A DNA stretch of 64,000 nt from the NCBI GenBank assembly GCA_013239625.1, contig MU053482.1, positions 2,021,168 through 2,085,167 on the forward strand, written 5' to 3'. Shown here in pieces: positions 1-12,905 of the stretch. Below the pieces are notes generated by a model that did not search any database, was not told the DNA's origin, and saw only the letters and a list, made by a program, of their open reading frames with translations. How positions within the stretch are numbered: the first letter of the stretch is position 1; the number at the start of each line of letters is the position of its first letter. The position numbers and the translations under genes were made by a program. This DNA comes from Lama guanicoe. Taxonomy: Eukaryota.

Positions 1-300
1 ATAAAAGAAGAAAAATGAAAAAGAAAATTAACCTAGTCCTCAGCTTTAGCAACTAGGAAAAAAGAATTAAATAAACAGAAAGTAGGAAGAAAAGATAAAA
101 AATGGTAAAGCTTCAGTTAATGAAACAAGTATCTCAAACAGCAGAATGAATATATCTAAAAACTGATTCTTTGACATGATTAATAAATTAAAATTAAAGA
201 AAATGGAGAGTAAATATATATATGTGATTAGAAGTATAAAATAAATCACAAGTATAGATAAGAAAGCTCTTAAGATAATTATAAAACAATAGTACTTGCA
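1..300 (+). mobile_element. Old L1 ORF2 fragment (continues at ~830-1045 after an LTR insertion)
   Basis: A-rich L1-like text (aaaaactgattctttgac..., cctagaggaaatagataa...acccaggaagaagcagaaagcttgaataga). Confidence 0.65.
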
Positions 301-304
301 ATTC

Positions 305-830
305 TACAGTAACTTTCCTAGTTACAATTACTATATAACAAAGTACCCTCAAATTAGGGGGTTAAAACAAAAAATATTTTATTATGCTCACAGATTTTAT
401 CAGTCAGAATGTCAGGGAAGGCTCACCTAGGCTAGAGTCTTTCAGGTGACTGTACTGAGATGTCAGCTGGGCTGCAGTCATCTGAAGGTTCTATTAGACT
501 GTGTGTCCAAAATGGCTCACTCAACTGGCTGGCAATAGATGCTGGCTGATAGCTGGAATCTTACCATGGCCTCTCCAGCATGGTGGGCTCAGAGCAGTCA
601 GACTTCTTACATGGCAACAGAATTCTCTCAGAGTGAGCATCCCTGAGAACTGGGTAAAAAAGTCTCAGGGCCTTTTCTGAACCAGCCTCAGAAGTTACAC
701 AGTATCACTTCTGACATATTCTATTGGCTGAAGTAATCATAAACCTGCCTACATCCAAAGGGAGTGACCATAAATCCGTGTCCTGATAGGAATATCAAAA
801 AACTTTGCAGAAATGATTTAAAACCAGCAC
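305..830. mobile_element. MaLR (MLT1-type) solo LTR
   Basis: Typical MLT1 text (ataacaaagtaccctcaaatt...ttattatgctcacagatt...agtcagacttcttacatggc...attctattgg). Confidence 0.8.
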
Positions 831-1047
831 AGCAACAAATCTGAATCCTAGAGGAAATAGATAATATTCTGGAAAACGTAAATTCCCAGTCATGACCCAG
901 GAAGAAGCAGAAAGCTTGAATAGATCAAATGCCACAGAAGAGATAGAAAAAGTGATTAAAGATCAGCCATTAATTAAATGCATCTGGTAGTTTCACATGA
1001 GTTCTATGTAACTTCTTAAGAGAAGAAGTGCCATGTTATTTAAACGA

Positions 1048-1235
1048 GAGAATCTCGAACTTTAGTAAGCATCCGAATCTCCTTACCAACTAGTAAACAT
1101 GCAGGTTCCTGGGCACCATCCCCAGAGATTCTGATTCAGTAAGTCTAGAATGTGGAAGAAGGATCTGCATTTCTAACAAGCATACAGATGATGTTGATAC
1201 CACTTGTCCACAGATACACTTCGAGCAGCAGTGAT
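1048..1235. mobile_element. MER5A-like hAT-Charlie MITE
   Basis: catgcaggttcctgggcaccatccccagagattctgattcagtaagtct...atctgcatttctaacaagc. Confidence 0.85.
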
Positions 1236-1239
1236 TTAA

Positions 1240-1460
1240 ACCAGTTAGCAACAATGGCTTGTTGGCCAAATCTGGCCTGCTGTCTGTTTTTATAAATAAA
1301 GTTTTATTGGCATACAGCCATGCTCATTCATTTACATATGTCTATGTCTACTTTTGCACTACAATGACAGAGTTGAGTAGGTGCAACAGAGACTAATCCA
1401 CAAAGCCTAATATAGTTACCATCTGGCCCTCTGCCTAAGAAAGTTGCCAACTCTTGCCTA
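1240..1460. mobile_element. MER58A-like hAT-Charlie MITE
   Basis: ggccaaatctggcctgctgtctgtttttataaataaagttttattgg...agccatgctcattcatttacat. Confidence 0.85.
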
Positions 1461-1589
1461 AACCAGTTTTATTCTACCTTCAGTTAGCCACTATACTGAA
1501 GAGGATGTATGATGGCTCAAGCTCAGTGAGGAAGAAGGTTGTGGTCCATTAGAGACGTCTACCATGGGCACTGCAAGAGGTTACTCGTA

Positions 1590-2070
1590 GCATGAATGGT
1601 ATCTATTTGCTGAGCCTGACTGTAAAGTATACATGTTTTAGGAATCTTTTCAAAAAGCTGTTGGATAACTGCAACAAAATATGGGTGCAATGCACACATT
1701 TTTAGCTATGCCATTAACAATGTATCAGATTTTGTTCCAACTGCTGTGGAAGTTATTATAATAATATGTAAATATTTCACATTCATAAAAAAGTGAAGAA
1801 AATAAAATCATTTTGTGATTTTATCAGAGTGTAATACAGACCAATTTTGTCATGTTTGTACACAAGATTTCTGAGATTGATGTCTGCTCTTGAAAGAATA
1901 CTAATAATTTTCAAATGCTATGAGCCTATATTTTATCAGTTGAATATGTCTCCGTTATTAAGACATCTTTCAAAGATCCTGACTCTCAACTTTGGGGGTG
2001 ATTTTTGAACATTAACACCATTTTCCCATGATGTTATTTCCAAAAAAAAATGACCCCGAACATACCAACA
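1590..2070 (+). mobile_element. hAT transposase fossil (Blackjack-like internal fragment)
   Basis: With frameshifts: RNLFKKLL.. / GCNAHIFSYAINNVSDFVPTAVEVIIIICKYF (CxxH motif, from 1683) / KSFCDFIRV*YRPILSCLYTRFLRLMSALERIL (TRWLSL-type motif at ~1862). Confidence 0.75.
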
Positions 2071-2780
2071 ACAGAAATGAAGTCTTAAGATTTGCATATT
2101 TACATTATTATTTAAAAAGAAAATATGCATTTTTCATTCTAGGCAAAAGAAAAACTGCACAAGAAAATATATGTATATGCTTGTTGTTCTAGGCAGAAAA
2201 AAACTGCAGATGAAAATTTCCAATGTGGGCAAGAAAAAGATAAATGCTAAATCCCAGTAAAGCAGGAAATGCCATGACTGTAGTGGCAGCAGGACTGCCA
2301 CGAAGCCCCAGGATGGTGGCACAGGAGAACTAACTACAGAGTAGAAGCCCCAGAGGAACGAGGTAAGGGTTGCCAGGCATACCCAGGTCTGGAGTTTTTC
2401 TCACCATTGTGTTACTCCTTGTGTTAACAAAGCCTGGCACGTAGAAAAAAGCTCAATAAATATTTGTGCAAGGAGGATAGAAAGCACGAAAGGTGAAAGA
2501 AAGGGAAGGCAGAAGTTCACACAGTAAGTAAAGCTGTGGCTCCATTTTATTTACCAGAGGGTAGTTAGAAAGAAATGTTGGGGAAGGTAACTGGAAATAT
2601 GTACATAAGTTTTTCCATTGAAAATGAAGACAGCCAAGGAATCAGCCTGCAGTTTCTAGGGGAAAGCATGTGCAAAGGTCCTAGCAAAGAAGCAGCTCTG
2701 CAAAAGACACAATGGCTCCTGACATATCAGGAGCAAGTGGCTGTCTCTCCCAGTTTCTGTGCATCAACTCTAAACACAAC

Positions 2781-3286
2781 TGTAATCAGGAAGAATAAAT
2801 CTGACTCCATATTAGATCTGTTCCTGTGCTCTGTTTCCTGTGCTGAGTCATGCTGGTTCTTTACCTTTTGTAAAAGAATGTTGCCTATAGCCTTAAATAT
2901 ACAGGATAGCTCATTCTAAAGACTCTGATTTTTAAGGGTGTAACACTTTCCATTCACATAGAGATTAAAAGTTGCAGAACAGAGGATAACATCTGTCTTA
3001 TTGGAGGTTTACAGGAACATCATGACCTGACCTACATGGACAGCTGCAAAAGCAAAGGATTCTGACACCAAGAAGTTTCCAACAACCAACCACAGACCTC
3101 TCAACTTTTTAGTATAAAAGGAGCCTGAATTCTGACTTGTGTAAGATGGTTCTCCAGGACATTAGTCTGCCATCTTCTCAGTCTGCCAGCTTTCCAAATA
3201 AAGTCATTATTCTCTGCCCCAACACCTCAACTCCTGATTTATTGGCCTGTCGTGCAGCAAGCAGAACAAGTGTGAACTCAGCAACA
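2781..3286 (+). mobile_element. ERV solo LTR
   Basis: Begins TGTAATCAGG and ends GCAACA; internal TATAAAAG (~3113) and AATAAA (~3197) in LTR order. Confidence 0.75.
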
Positions 3287-4879
3287 CTATGAAGACAACT
3301 ATATACCCAGGAAGAATAAGAACCTGCTGAGACTTTTAACTTTGATATGCAAGAGGAAGTTTTATTATGTGGTTTCTCTAGTCTGCAACCCAGTATTAAT
3401 AATATTTAGCAAGAGGAAGGGAGGGCAGGCGGAAGATCTGCTGCACAGTTATATTTGGTATACTGGGTGAAATGCATCAGCAAAGCTAGATAACTCCAAA
3501 TTTCATATGCCGTAGAAGCTTTTAGAACTAGGAAGTCCATGTTTAAGCCTAAAGACTGTGCATCTCCTGAAAATATATGCCAAAATGTGTGTATGTGCAT
3601 TTTTCTAAGAAGAGATTCCAGTACTTTTATCAGAGTGCCAAAAGGTCCACAATCTACCATACCCCCCAAAAAATATTAAGAACCACAAATGTAGTGATTC
3701 ACTAACTAGGTCATTTGTGGGGTACAACATCTTAAAATTAAATATAGAAGAAAATATGAGAGTATAACACTTGTCATAAAGGTATTATTTCCTCAAACTT
3801 GCTTCAGGTGTGTGGGTGGGTGTGTAGCGAGGTAAATTTTTTCATACTGAGGTCTGGGTCAAAATGTTTGAAAGCCACTGCTCTAAGGCATGGGAAATGG
3901 CTATATACAACTTTGTAACAGATTAAATCATCATCCATTGAAAACAATTAGGTGATCTGTGGTTCCAGTGGGCCTTCTACAGCTTTGAGTGACACATGAT
4001 CCACCAGAATGAAACTGCTACTATTAGAGAACTGCAATCTGCAATGCTCAGAAATGAAAGTGTACCTTATAAGGTCCTATTGATCTTAAGGAGACAAAGG
4101 ACTAAAAGGATCCTGTACACTGAGTGTCTCTGAGAAAATGTGAAACACTGAATAAAATGTTTAGGAATGAGAAAAGTGCAAATATTTTCACTGGGATGAT
4201 GGAATCCTCTAAGCAGCTTAGAAAGATATCACAGAAGGGGAAAGTTTGAAAATTCATCCCTAAACCTGGAACAGCAATGAGTTTTAGAAAAATTATTATT
4301 TCTTTTACACAAAAGAGACAAAAGAGTATGGTAAATCTGCCATGACAGCTTGGGGTGGGGTGTCACTTTAGTCCCAATTACCAGTGTCTGGTATTGTCCA
4401 CTATTCTCTTCTAAGCCTCAATACAAGAAACATAAATGGTCCAGGCATTGAGTTATTTGGCTTATTGTCTAAAATGTTACTAAAGCAATTTATAGATTTG
4501 AGTTGTCCCAATTAATGCAGAAATTTCAAAAACATCACTAGATTCTTTACAGCCAAACCACGACCTCTCCTCAATCTACAAAAGACTGGAAGTTACCCTC
4601 TCAGACAGGTTCCGGTTTGGGGTTCAAGTACATTTGAGATCAAAAGTGAGGTACCATACTGAGATCCTCTATCTACCTCCCAGAATGCTGGGAGCCAGGC
4701 TAGTATCTCCCAGGAAAGGGGTCTAGAGCTTCCTCTCTGGAGAAGCTGCCTGACACATACAAAAAGAGGCACAGGTTCTTCCCCTAATCCCTGCAGCCCT
4801 TAGAAAAAGAGCTTAGATCATCACCAGGTCACCTCATTCTTTAATAGGAAAACATACACATGGATAGCTAAGACATTTT

Positions 4880-5400
4880 AAGAAAGTCTCAAATGTGAAA
4901 GGGAACAAAACAAATAGGGGGAAAGGAACTCAAAGAAAACAGAGAGAAGACTAGGAGCAAAATCATACTACATATATTAAGAAATCCTCTGAGAGTTAAA
5001 AGACATCATATCCATACAATAAAAGAACACTCAGGAACCAGAGGGGGCCCTTAAAATCTAAAAAGTTTTTTTTTAATTGAATAAAAGAGTTAGAAGATAA
5101 ATTTGGGAAATGTCTTGGAAAACAGACCAAAATGACAAAAAAGATGGAAATGGGAGTGAGTAGATGAAAAAATGAAAGGCTCAGTCCAAGAGGTCCAACA
5201 TTTGAATATGAAAAGTTCAAGCAAAAAAGAATATAGAAAATGAAAGAGAAGAAATTATCAAAGAAATAATACACATAAACCTTCCCAGGAGTAAAGAATA
5301 TGAATTTCCAAATAGAAAGAGCCCACAGATTTCAGAGAAAAATTAATGAAAAACGGTCCCCATCAATAATCATAAAATTTCAGTACTCCAAGAAGAAAAA
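4880..5400 (+). mobile_element. Ancient L1/HAL1 ORF1-region fragment
   Basis: ccaagaggtccaacatttgaat...agaaattatcaaagaaataatac...aatttccaaatagaaagagccc, characteristic of old L1 ORF1. Confidence 0.6.
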
Positions 5401-5939
5401 GAAGAAAGATTGGTGAGGGAACTTCGCAAGGAGGGGTCAGGCTCATACCACCTGAATCTACTGATGAGTATTATTCTCACTAAAAGTGGGACAATCAGAC
5501 ATTCTGTGTCTGATGATGTGATCCGAAGCTTATGATGTGAGACAAGAGGAAATACACAGCACCACTTATGAAGTATTACTGCTTAAAAATTGAACTAGAA
5601 CTTAGTCAAGCATAAATCTAAAGACTAGTGAGTTTTTTATTTCAACTGTATTTTTCAGTACTAAAATTTCATTTGGTTCTTCTTTATATCTTCTATTCCT
5701 ATGCCGAGATGTTCTATCAAGGGAACTATTAAGGGTGAATCTTGTCATTTTAGTAGTCATAAGTATATTTTTATAGATTACTTTGTTGCCACTAACTAAA
5801 AAAAGCCAATAGCAGGATTTTTTCTGGAAAAACAAAGAGCTCAGGAATACAGTGAATTCCCAAGAATTTCCCAGAGTGACCCAAACTGACAAGATGCGTC
5901 CTGCACTAGTGTCTGGTATTTAACAAATGCTGAATGAAT

Positions 5940-6559
5940 TCCACTCTTGGGCATATATCTGGAGGGAACTTTAATTCAAAAAGATGCATGCACCCCAATG
6001 TTCATAGCAACACTGTTAACAATAGCCAAGACATGGAAACAACCTAAATGTCCATCAACAGATGACTAGATAAAGAAGTTGTGGTATATTTATACAATGG
6101 AATACTACTGAGCCATAAAAAAGAATAAAATAATGCCATTTGCAGCAATACGGATGGACCTGGAGTCATTATAAGTGAAGTAAGCCAGAAATAGAGGGAG
6201 AAATGCCATATGATATCACTTATATCTGGAATCTTTAAAAAAAGACACAATAACTTATTTACAAACCAGAAACAGACTCACAGACACAGAAAACAAACTT
6301 ATGGTTACCAGGAAGGTCAGAGGGTGGGAATGGATAAATTGGGAGTTCGAGATTTGCAGATACTAACCACTATATATAAAATAGATAAACAGCAATTTTC
6401 TACTCTATAGCACAGGGAATGATATTCAGTATCTTGTGGTAACCTATAATGAGGAAGAATATGAAAAGGAACATACGTATGCATATGGATGGCTGAAACA
6501 TTATGCTATATACCAGAAGTTGACACAACATTGTAAACTGACCATACTTCAGGTTTTTA
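5940..6559 (+). mobile_element. 5'-truncated L1 (ORF2 end + 3' UTR) with 15-bp TSD
   Basis: ORF2 C-terminal text (aatagccaagacatggaaacaacctaaatgtccatc); flanked by aaatgctgaatgaat at 5925-5939 and 6560-6574. Confidence 0.92.
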
Positions 6560-8979
6560 AAATGCTGAATGAATGAATGAACACATATGTACGCACATCT
6601 CTCCAGATGATGAAAGAGGAGCAGATGGTCTACTCCTTTTATAAAGTGCTAAAGAGGGGAGGAATCTAGAGGTAATCTAACAGAAAAGTTCCTAAAAGTC
6701 AGGGGTCAGGAGCTGTTTCAGTCTATAATTATGGGACAATGAACCACTACTATCTGGCCAATTAGCTATTCTGACAACAAGAAGGTATATAAAACCTAAG
6801 AGGAATGTTTCCAAATACACTGATGACAGCAACTGGAATGAATAAGTTTAAGAGTTGCCCAGAATCTGTTCTCCCTTTGATGTTCAGCCATATCCAAGAA
6901 ATGTAAGGTCCAGCTAGAAGGATTTCACTACTAAAAGATATGACAAGTTTACAGAAAAGGCACTTTTATGTTGGTATCAAGCCCAGTCCTCCAGGGGCTT
7001 GATGACAATCTCTGGACACTGTGCTGTACCTCAAAAGCTGTTCTCTCAGCAGAAGTGGAGGTGGTGGATCTCCCTTGTCCTGGTCTGATGAGGACACGAG
7101 TAATCATTTGGGAAACAATGAATCAGTGATTAAGGTGAAGGAGTAAGACACCTGGTCAACATGGTGGAGATAGAAAACAAACCAAACACTCAGCAAAAAC
7201 AGGCTACATTCTGCAAACAGGCAAGAATAGTTTCACCTTTAGCCTGAAGCAATGGAGGGCCCGTAAAATATCAATACCAATAAGGGCAAACTACCTTAGT
7301 TTTGGATTACAGCAGGACAGCAAAAGACTTGAAGAATCTACCTGCAGTTGTTTCTGTATGTTAAGGAATGCCCCCTAGCAACTCATGCAATAATTACTTG
7401 GCATTAATACAGTCACATGATATGTTTGGCATTTAACTAACATGAATATGTGTAAAGGAACTCAGGGAGGTTACCGTATCCCTTTAACAGTTGACTCATA
7501 ACTAAAGTAATACACAGAGGACAATATAAAATTTAAGCTTCTATAGATTAATAAAGAATGTGTGATACATCATTCTTTGGTGAGCCATAACCTAAAGAAG
7601 ATTATATGATCAGCTTAGGTTCTAAACAATGTTTTAGAACAGAAAATAGACAAAGCAATTAAGGGCCCCTAAAGAATTCAATTCAGTGTTATACCTTTAA
7701 GATATGAATTGGATTAAATTATATCAATTACTGGAGAAATGTGTACATTTTTCAATGAGCATATTACTTTAAAACTGACCTAATTTACTAATGAAAGAAC
7801 AAGAGGCTTTTCATTTCTCCTTTTCCACAGAGGGTTTTTTCTTAAATAGTTCTCACTTTCCTGACTCAGTAGTATAATACAATTTTACATTTCCTGCTTT
7901 ATCTGCTGAAGCAAGATAACTCAGCAGCTATTGTCCAGGTAGATTTTCATTTCATCCAGACCATAGTTTTATATAAAGTAAATTTCCGAACTTCAGGGAA
8001 CTTAACAACTATTCCAAATGAGAAACTCTTTTGGCAACGCCAAGAACAAACCCCATGAAAGAAATTGTGCTCAAATACAGTATGAACAACTCCTTACAAA
8101 ACAGCTTTTTTTCACAAACTTCAGTGCTCTAGGTATGTTCCATGCATATCTTTCTATCATTGTATATTTTGAAATAAAAAATACATATAAAATTATACAG
8201 TCCTAAGTTAGTTGCTATTTTACTTTTCATTTGTTTCAAATGTTTCACAACTTAAGTCTGTGATATTACAAGTCCCTCCAGAAGACTTAAATAGTATTAA
8301 AATACTGCTTTCAATTTAAAGGGCAAAATATCTGGAAAATTAAGGTCACGATGTTAGAGAGTCTAATGGAGTATGGATTTCTGCTTGAAGTACTTCAACC
8401 AGAAACCTCAGCAATCTTAAATCTGTCTCTCCTGGATATAATAAGTTTTAAAGCTTTGAATGAATTTTCAGAATATGTTTCACATCTCTCATAACTTCAA
8501 AAAAGGATGCAGCAGAGAAGCAAAGAGAACAGTTTCCACAATAATGGAATTTTTATGCAGTACCAATAAGTTACAGAGCCTTTAAAACAAAAGATGAATA
8601 GGATTATTCTTAAAGGAGGAAAAATAACAAGTGTTAGAAGGTTTCTTTGTAAGAATTTGCTCTTAGGTGCAAAGTACTTTCTCAAAAAATCAAGAAATAG
8701 TAGGTTATTTGATCCAAGATGTCATAAATGCTATTAAACCATGATTAAATCAACTGTTACTCTTAAAATATAAAGTTTTATTTCAATATTTCTACAGCTA
8801 ATATGGCTAGTTCCATGTTCCATTATAAAATCTAAGTCATTTTTTAAGATAGGGCACTACTTGGAAAATATTGAAAGGCCAAATTGCATGGAACATGTAG
8901 AACATTTGAGATAGGGAAACAATGCAAAATACATTCAAAAAATTTGCTTTTAAAATGTTCATTTAAAACAGTGGTTCTC

Positions 8980-9232
8980 CTACACCGTTGGTAGGAATGT
9001 AGTTTGGTGCAGCCACTATGGAAAACAGTATGGAGATTCCTTAAAAAAAAAACAAAAATAGAGTTAACATATGATCTAGCAATCCCACTCCTGGGCATAT
9101 ATCCAGAGGAAACTCTAATTAGAAGGAATACATGCACCTCAATGTTCACAGTAGCATTACTTACAATAGCTAAGACATGGAAGCAACCTAAATATCCACT
9201 GACAAATGAATGGATAAAGAAGATGTGATGTG

Positions 9233-9267
<35 letters not shown>

Positions 9268-9727
9268 TCAGCCATAAAAAAGAATAAAATAATGCCATTT
9301 GCAGCAACATGGATGGACCTAGAGATCGTCATACTAAGTGAAGTCAGAAAGAGAAAGAAAAATACCATACAGTATCACTTATATGTGGAATCTAAAAAAT
9401 GACACAAATGAACTTATCTACAAAACAGAAACAGACTCACAGACATAGAAAACAAATGTATGGTTACCAGGGGGGAAGGGAGTGGGGAGGGATAAATTGG
9501 GAGTTCAGGATTTGCAGGTACTAACTACTACATACAAAATAGATAAACAATAAGGTCCTACTGTATAGCACAGGGAAATATGTTCAATACCTTGTAATAG
9601 CCTATAATGAAAAAGAATATGAAAAGGAATATATATATGTATGTATATATACACAACTGAATCACTATGCTGTATACCAGAAATTAACACAACATTGTAA
9701 ATCAACTATACCTCAAGGAAAAAAAAA
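8980..9727 (+). mobile_element. 5'-truncated L1 with internal (GT)n, inserted at the end of a MER20
   Basis: ORF 9004..9228 is L1 ORF2 C-terminus ([13 protein letters not shown]...KTWKQPK); TSD agtggttctc at 8970-8979 and 9728-9737; (GT)n at ~9235-9266. Confidence 0.92.
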
Positions 9728-9937
9728 AGTGGTTCTCAACCAGAGGTGATTTTGTCTTCCAGGAGATACTTGACAGTATCTGGGGATATTTTTAGTTGTC
9801 ACAACTCGGGGAGTGCTACTGGCATCTAGAGTGTAGAAGCCGAGGATGCAGATAAACATCTACAACGCATAGAACAGCCCTACAACAAAGAATTATCCAG
9901 CCCAAAATGCCATTAGTGCCAAGGTTGAGAAACCTTG
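9728..9937. mobile_element. MER20 hAT-Charlie MITE
   Basis: agtggttctcaacc...gttgtcacaactcgggg...tgctactggcatctag...gccaaggttgagaaaccttg. Confidence 0.88.
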
Positions 9938-11779
9938 ATCTAAAACAATACCAAGCACACAATCAAACGTGCTTGAATGATGAACGGTATTTGCTGAATG
10001 AACAAATGAATCTTAACAAGCAAAATGACTTTGTTTCTACTTTTTATAGCTTCTCATTATCTCTATCAATCTGATTCTGCCTAATACAGACTATTTCTGT
10101 TCTCAAGATCTTTAGCAACTCATTCATCAGATTCCCCTAAGATGTCAAATACAACCAAATGAAACCACATATCTATCAAAGATCTTGCCCTATGATATGG
10201 TTCCAGGGGAATTCAAAAGAGAGACATTATACTGACCATTTAGTTGTCATTCATATCAGCAGATGAGAGCAGTTTCAAATGCCTTCAGTGATTAAGAGCT
10301 CAAAAATACATAGCCTAAAACACTATTATTTGGCCACATTTGTTGATAAACCAACATTTCAAATTTATATGCCAAGACTAAATATTAAAACAAATAGTCT
10401 TTAGCAAATATTCACCACGTGAACAATGTAACTAGGAAAGGTTAAAAGGCCACATGATCTTCCTAAATAGTAATTCACAATTTCCAGGTCAAAACACTCT
10501 TAAAGAAATTTTTTAAACTCTAGGGTCTCTGATTTAATTTAATATGAAAACTGCCTCCAGAGAGGAAATCAGATTTTTGTTTTCCCAATTGAGATTTATA
10601 TGTATCCTTAACTAGTATCTATTTAGAGATTTCTTTTTATTAACAAATACCTAGAATAATGATTGTCTCTGAAAAGAAAAATTACGAATATTTTATTTTT
10701 TCCTTACAACTTAAAAATTTTTTTTACAAAATACATAATAATTTTGTAAGAAAAGTAGATGATATACTCAAAGAAAAAGAGCCTCTGCTAACTCATATAT
10801 ACTCATCAATTCATAGTCATATATTACTCAAGGGTTAAATTTTAAGAAAAATAGAGTTAATCATAAAGATATGAAATTTTTAAATGATTTCTTTTTAAAG
10901 AAACTACCGCTTAAATAAGGGGGGGAGTGAATATAACCGAAAGAGACTTATAAAGAAATACTTCTAGCCAAAACAATAATTTAAATGAATTATAACTACT
11001 ATATCAATCATAAATATTTACACATTTTTGCAACTATACTTTGTTTCACTTGTCCTTGGAAACAAATTTTTCTGAGAAATTCTGTGTATTTAAATATTGT
11101 CTGAGATAATATTATTTCAATAAAGGACCCTAAGAATTACATCAACTAAAGCCATGATTTGGTCCTACAGTCACAAACTGCAGAGCAATCTAAAAGCTGT
11201 TCAAATGCTTTTTCAAACAGAAGTAAAGTGCACAACTTCTCAAAGGGAAATGGGTTTTAGTAAAAACTTACAAATAGAAAGTTGTCCACCAGAGGTATAG
11301 GTCCAAATGAACCAGTGAGTAAGGAAATTCTATGTGGGATTATTCCGAACTCATTTAAAGGCCACATACACTTGGGAAATCCAAAACAATCAAAATAAGT
11401 GCATTATCTAGACATGCTTTCAAATCTGTTTCTCCCTGCTGGGTATCAACAACTGGAGAGGGTGCTGATTTGTTCTTTTTGTTCTTTTTTTACAGCTAAA
11501 TGAGCATGCAAACCTTCAAAAGAGAGGCAAAAATAGAAATGACAACATCATTTATGAATCTAAAATAATCTCCCTGAATCAGTGTCACTGAAATGAGCAA
11601 AAAGACATGTAAACATCCCAAGTGAGTAGTGTCTCTGTGAGAAAATCAGAATATAGGATTACCAGCTCTGCAAAGGATTTTTGTATATGCCAATCCCTTG
11701 ATGCCTTTATTTAGAGACCACTAACAACTTTTTAAGAGCAATCTAGCAACCAACAATTAACTTATAAATTCCTTCCAAA

Positions 11780-12350
11780 AATTTTTATTTAGAGCCTACC
11801 ATATGCAAGGGACTGTGTTAGGCACAGTGAAAGAAGCAAAGACTTACCCATCACAGGCTTGGGACTCGAGAAGCTTAATTACAAGTCTAGTTGGGAAGAT
11901 AAGACATGACTAGAAATACCTTCAAAACAAAACAAGATGGCTGAAGTGCCTAAAGAGCAGCAAAAATAAAATGTCAGAAGAAGTAGTGACTTCCAGCGGG
12001 GGTGATCAGAGAAGGCAGCGAGGTTAGACGGTCACGTCTGAAATGGGCCTGGACGTATACCTGTGATTTGGACAATCTCAGAAGAAGGTAAACACTGTAA
12101 GGGAAGTGAAACAAAGCAAGTGAAGGTGGACCTATGAGGAAGCATCCACGCTCATCCAGAAATTCTACTGGCTAACAGAGAGTACTGCTGACGCAGGAGT
12201 AATTAAAGATGAAGTAGGATATTGAGATTAGGACCAATTTGGGAGGGCTGAGAAGTCTGGACTTTGTTGGGTAACTAGGGAGCTGGTAAAGGTTTCTGAA
12301 CAGGAAAAGGCATCATCAAAGTTGCGCTTTAGAAAAATCAATCTAGCAGT
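11780..12350 (-). mobile_element. L2 fragment
   Basis: tttatttagagcctaccatatgcaagggactgtgttaggcac...ggggagctggtaaaggtttctgaacagg. Confidence 0.7.
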
Positions 12351-12564
12351 AATTGAAGTAACTGAACATCAATCAAATGCAGATGATATAGCGCAGTGAA
12401 TATAATGTAAGCCTGCAGGAATTCAGGAATTCATTTATAAAAATGTAATTTATATGCATCTTTTCAGTAACACAGCTCTATAAACTGTCTTGCTCATAGA
12501 CTAGTACCTAATTATATAAGCATCTAAAAAGGTCATAAGTACTATAAAATGATATCACAAAACC

Positions 12565-12905
12565 TCTTGCCGCTGCCTGGAAATCCTTCCACCCCCTTTC
12601 CCTTCCGGTAAACTCCTTATCCTGTAGGTCTCAGTGTAAATGTCACTTCCTCAGAAAGGCCTTTTTAAATCACTTACCCAAATTAAGTCTCCCTGTTTTT
12701 TCTCTTTCAAAGAAATTTTCACTTTTTCTTCACAGTATTTATCACAACTTATAATTATGTATTTTGCTTAGTAATTGATTAAAATCTCCCCCTAGACTGT
12801 GAAAGGATAGTACTATTTTTGCTCATCATCATATTCTCCACAGCCTAAAACAATACAACACATAGTAGGCACTTAACAAATATTTGGTCTAGAACGAATG
12901 AATGA
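12565..12905 (+). mobile_element. L2 3' end
   Basis: aaatgtcacttcctcagaaaggcctt...catagtaggcacttaacaaatatttg...gaatgaatga. Confidence 0.75.

Noticed and set aside
8844..9368. 174-aa minus-strand ORF
   Set aside because: Antisense reading of an L1 3' end and a (GT)n microsatellite.
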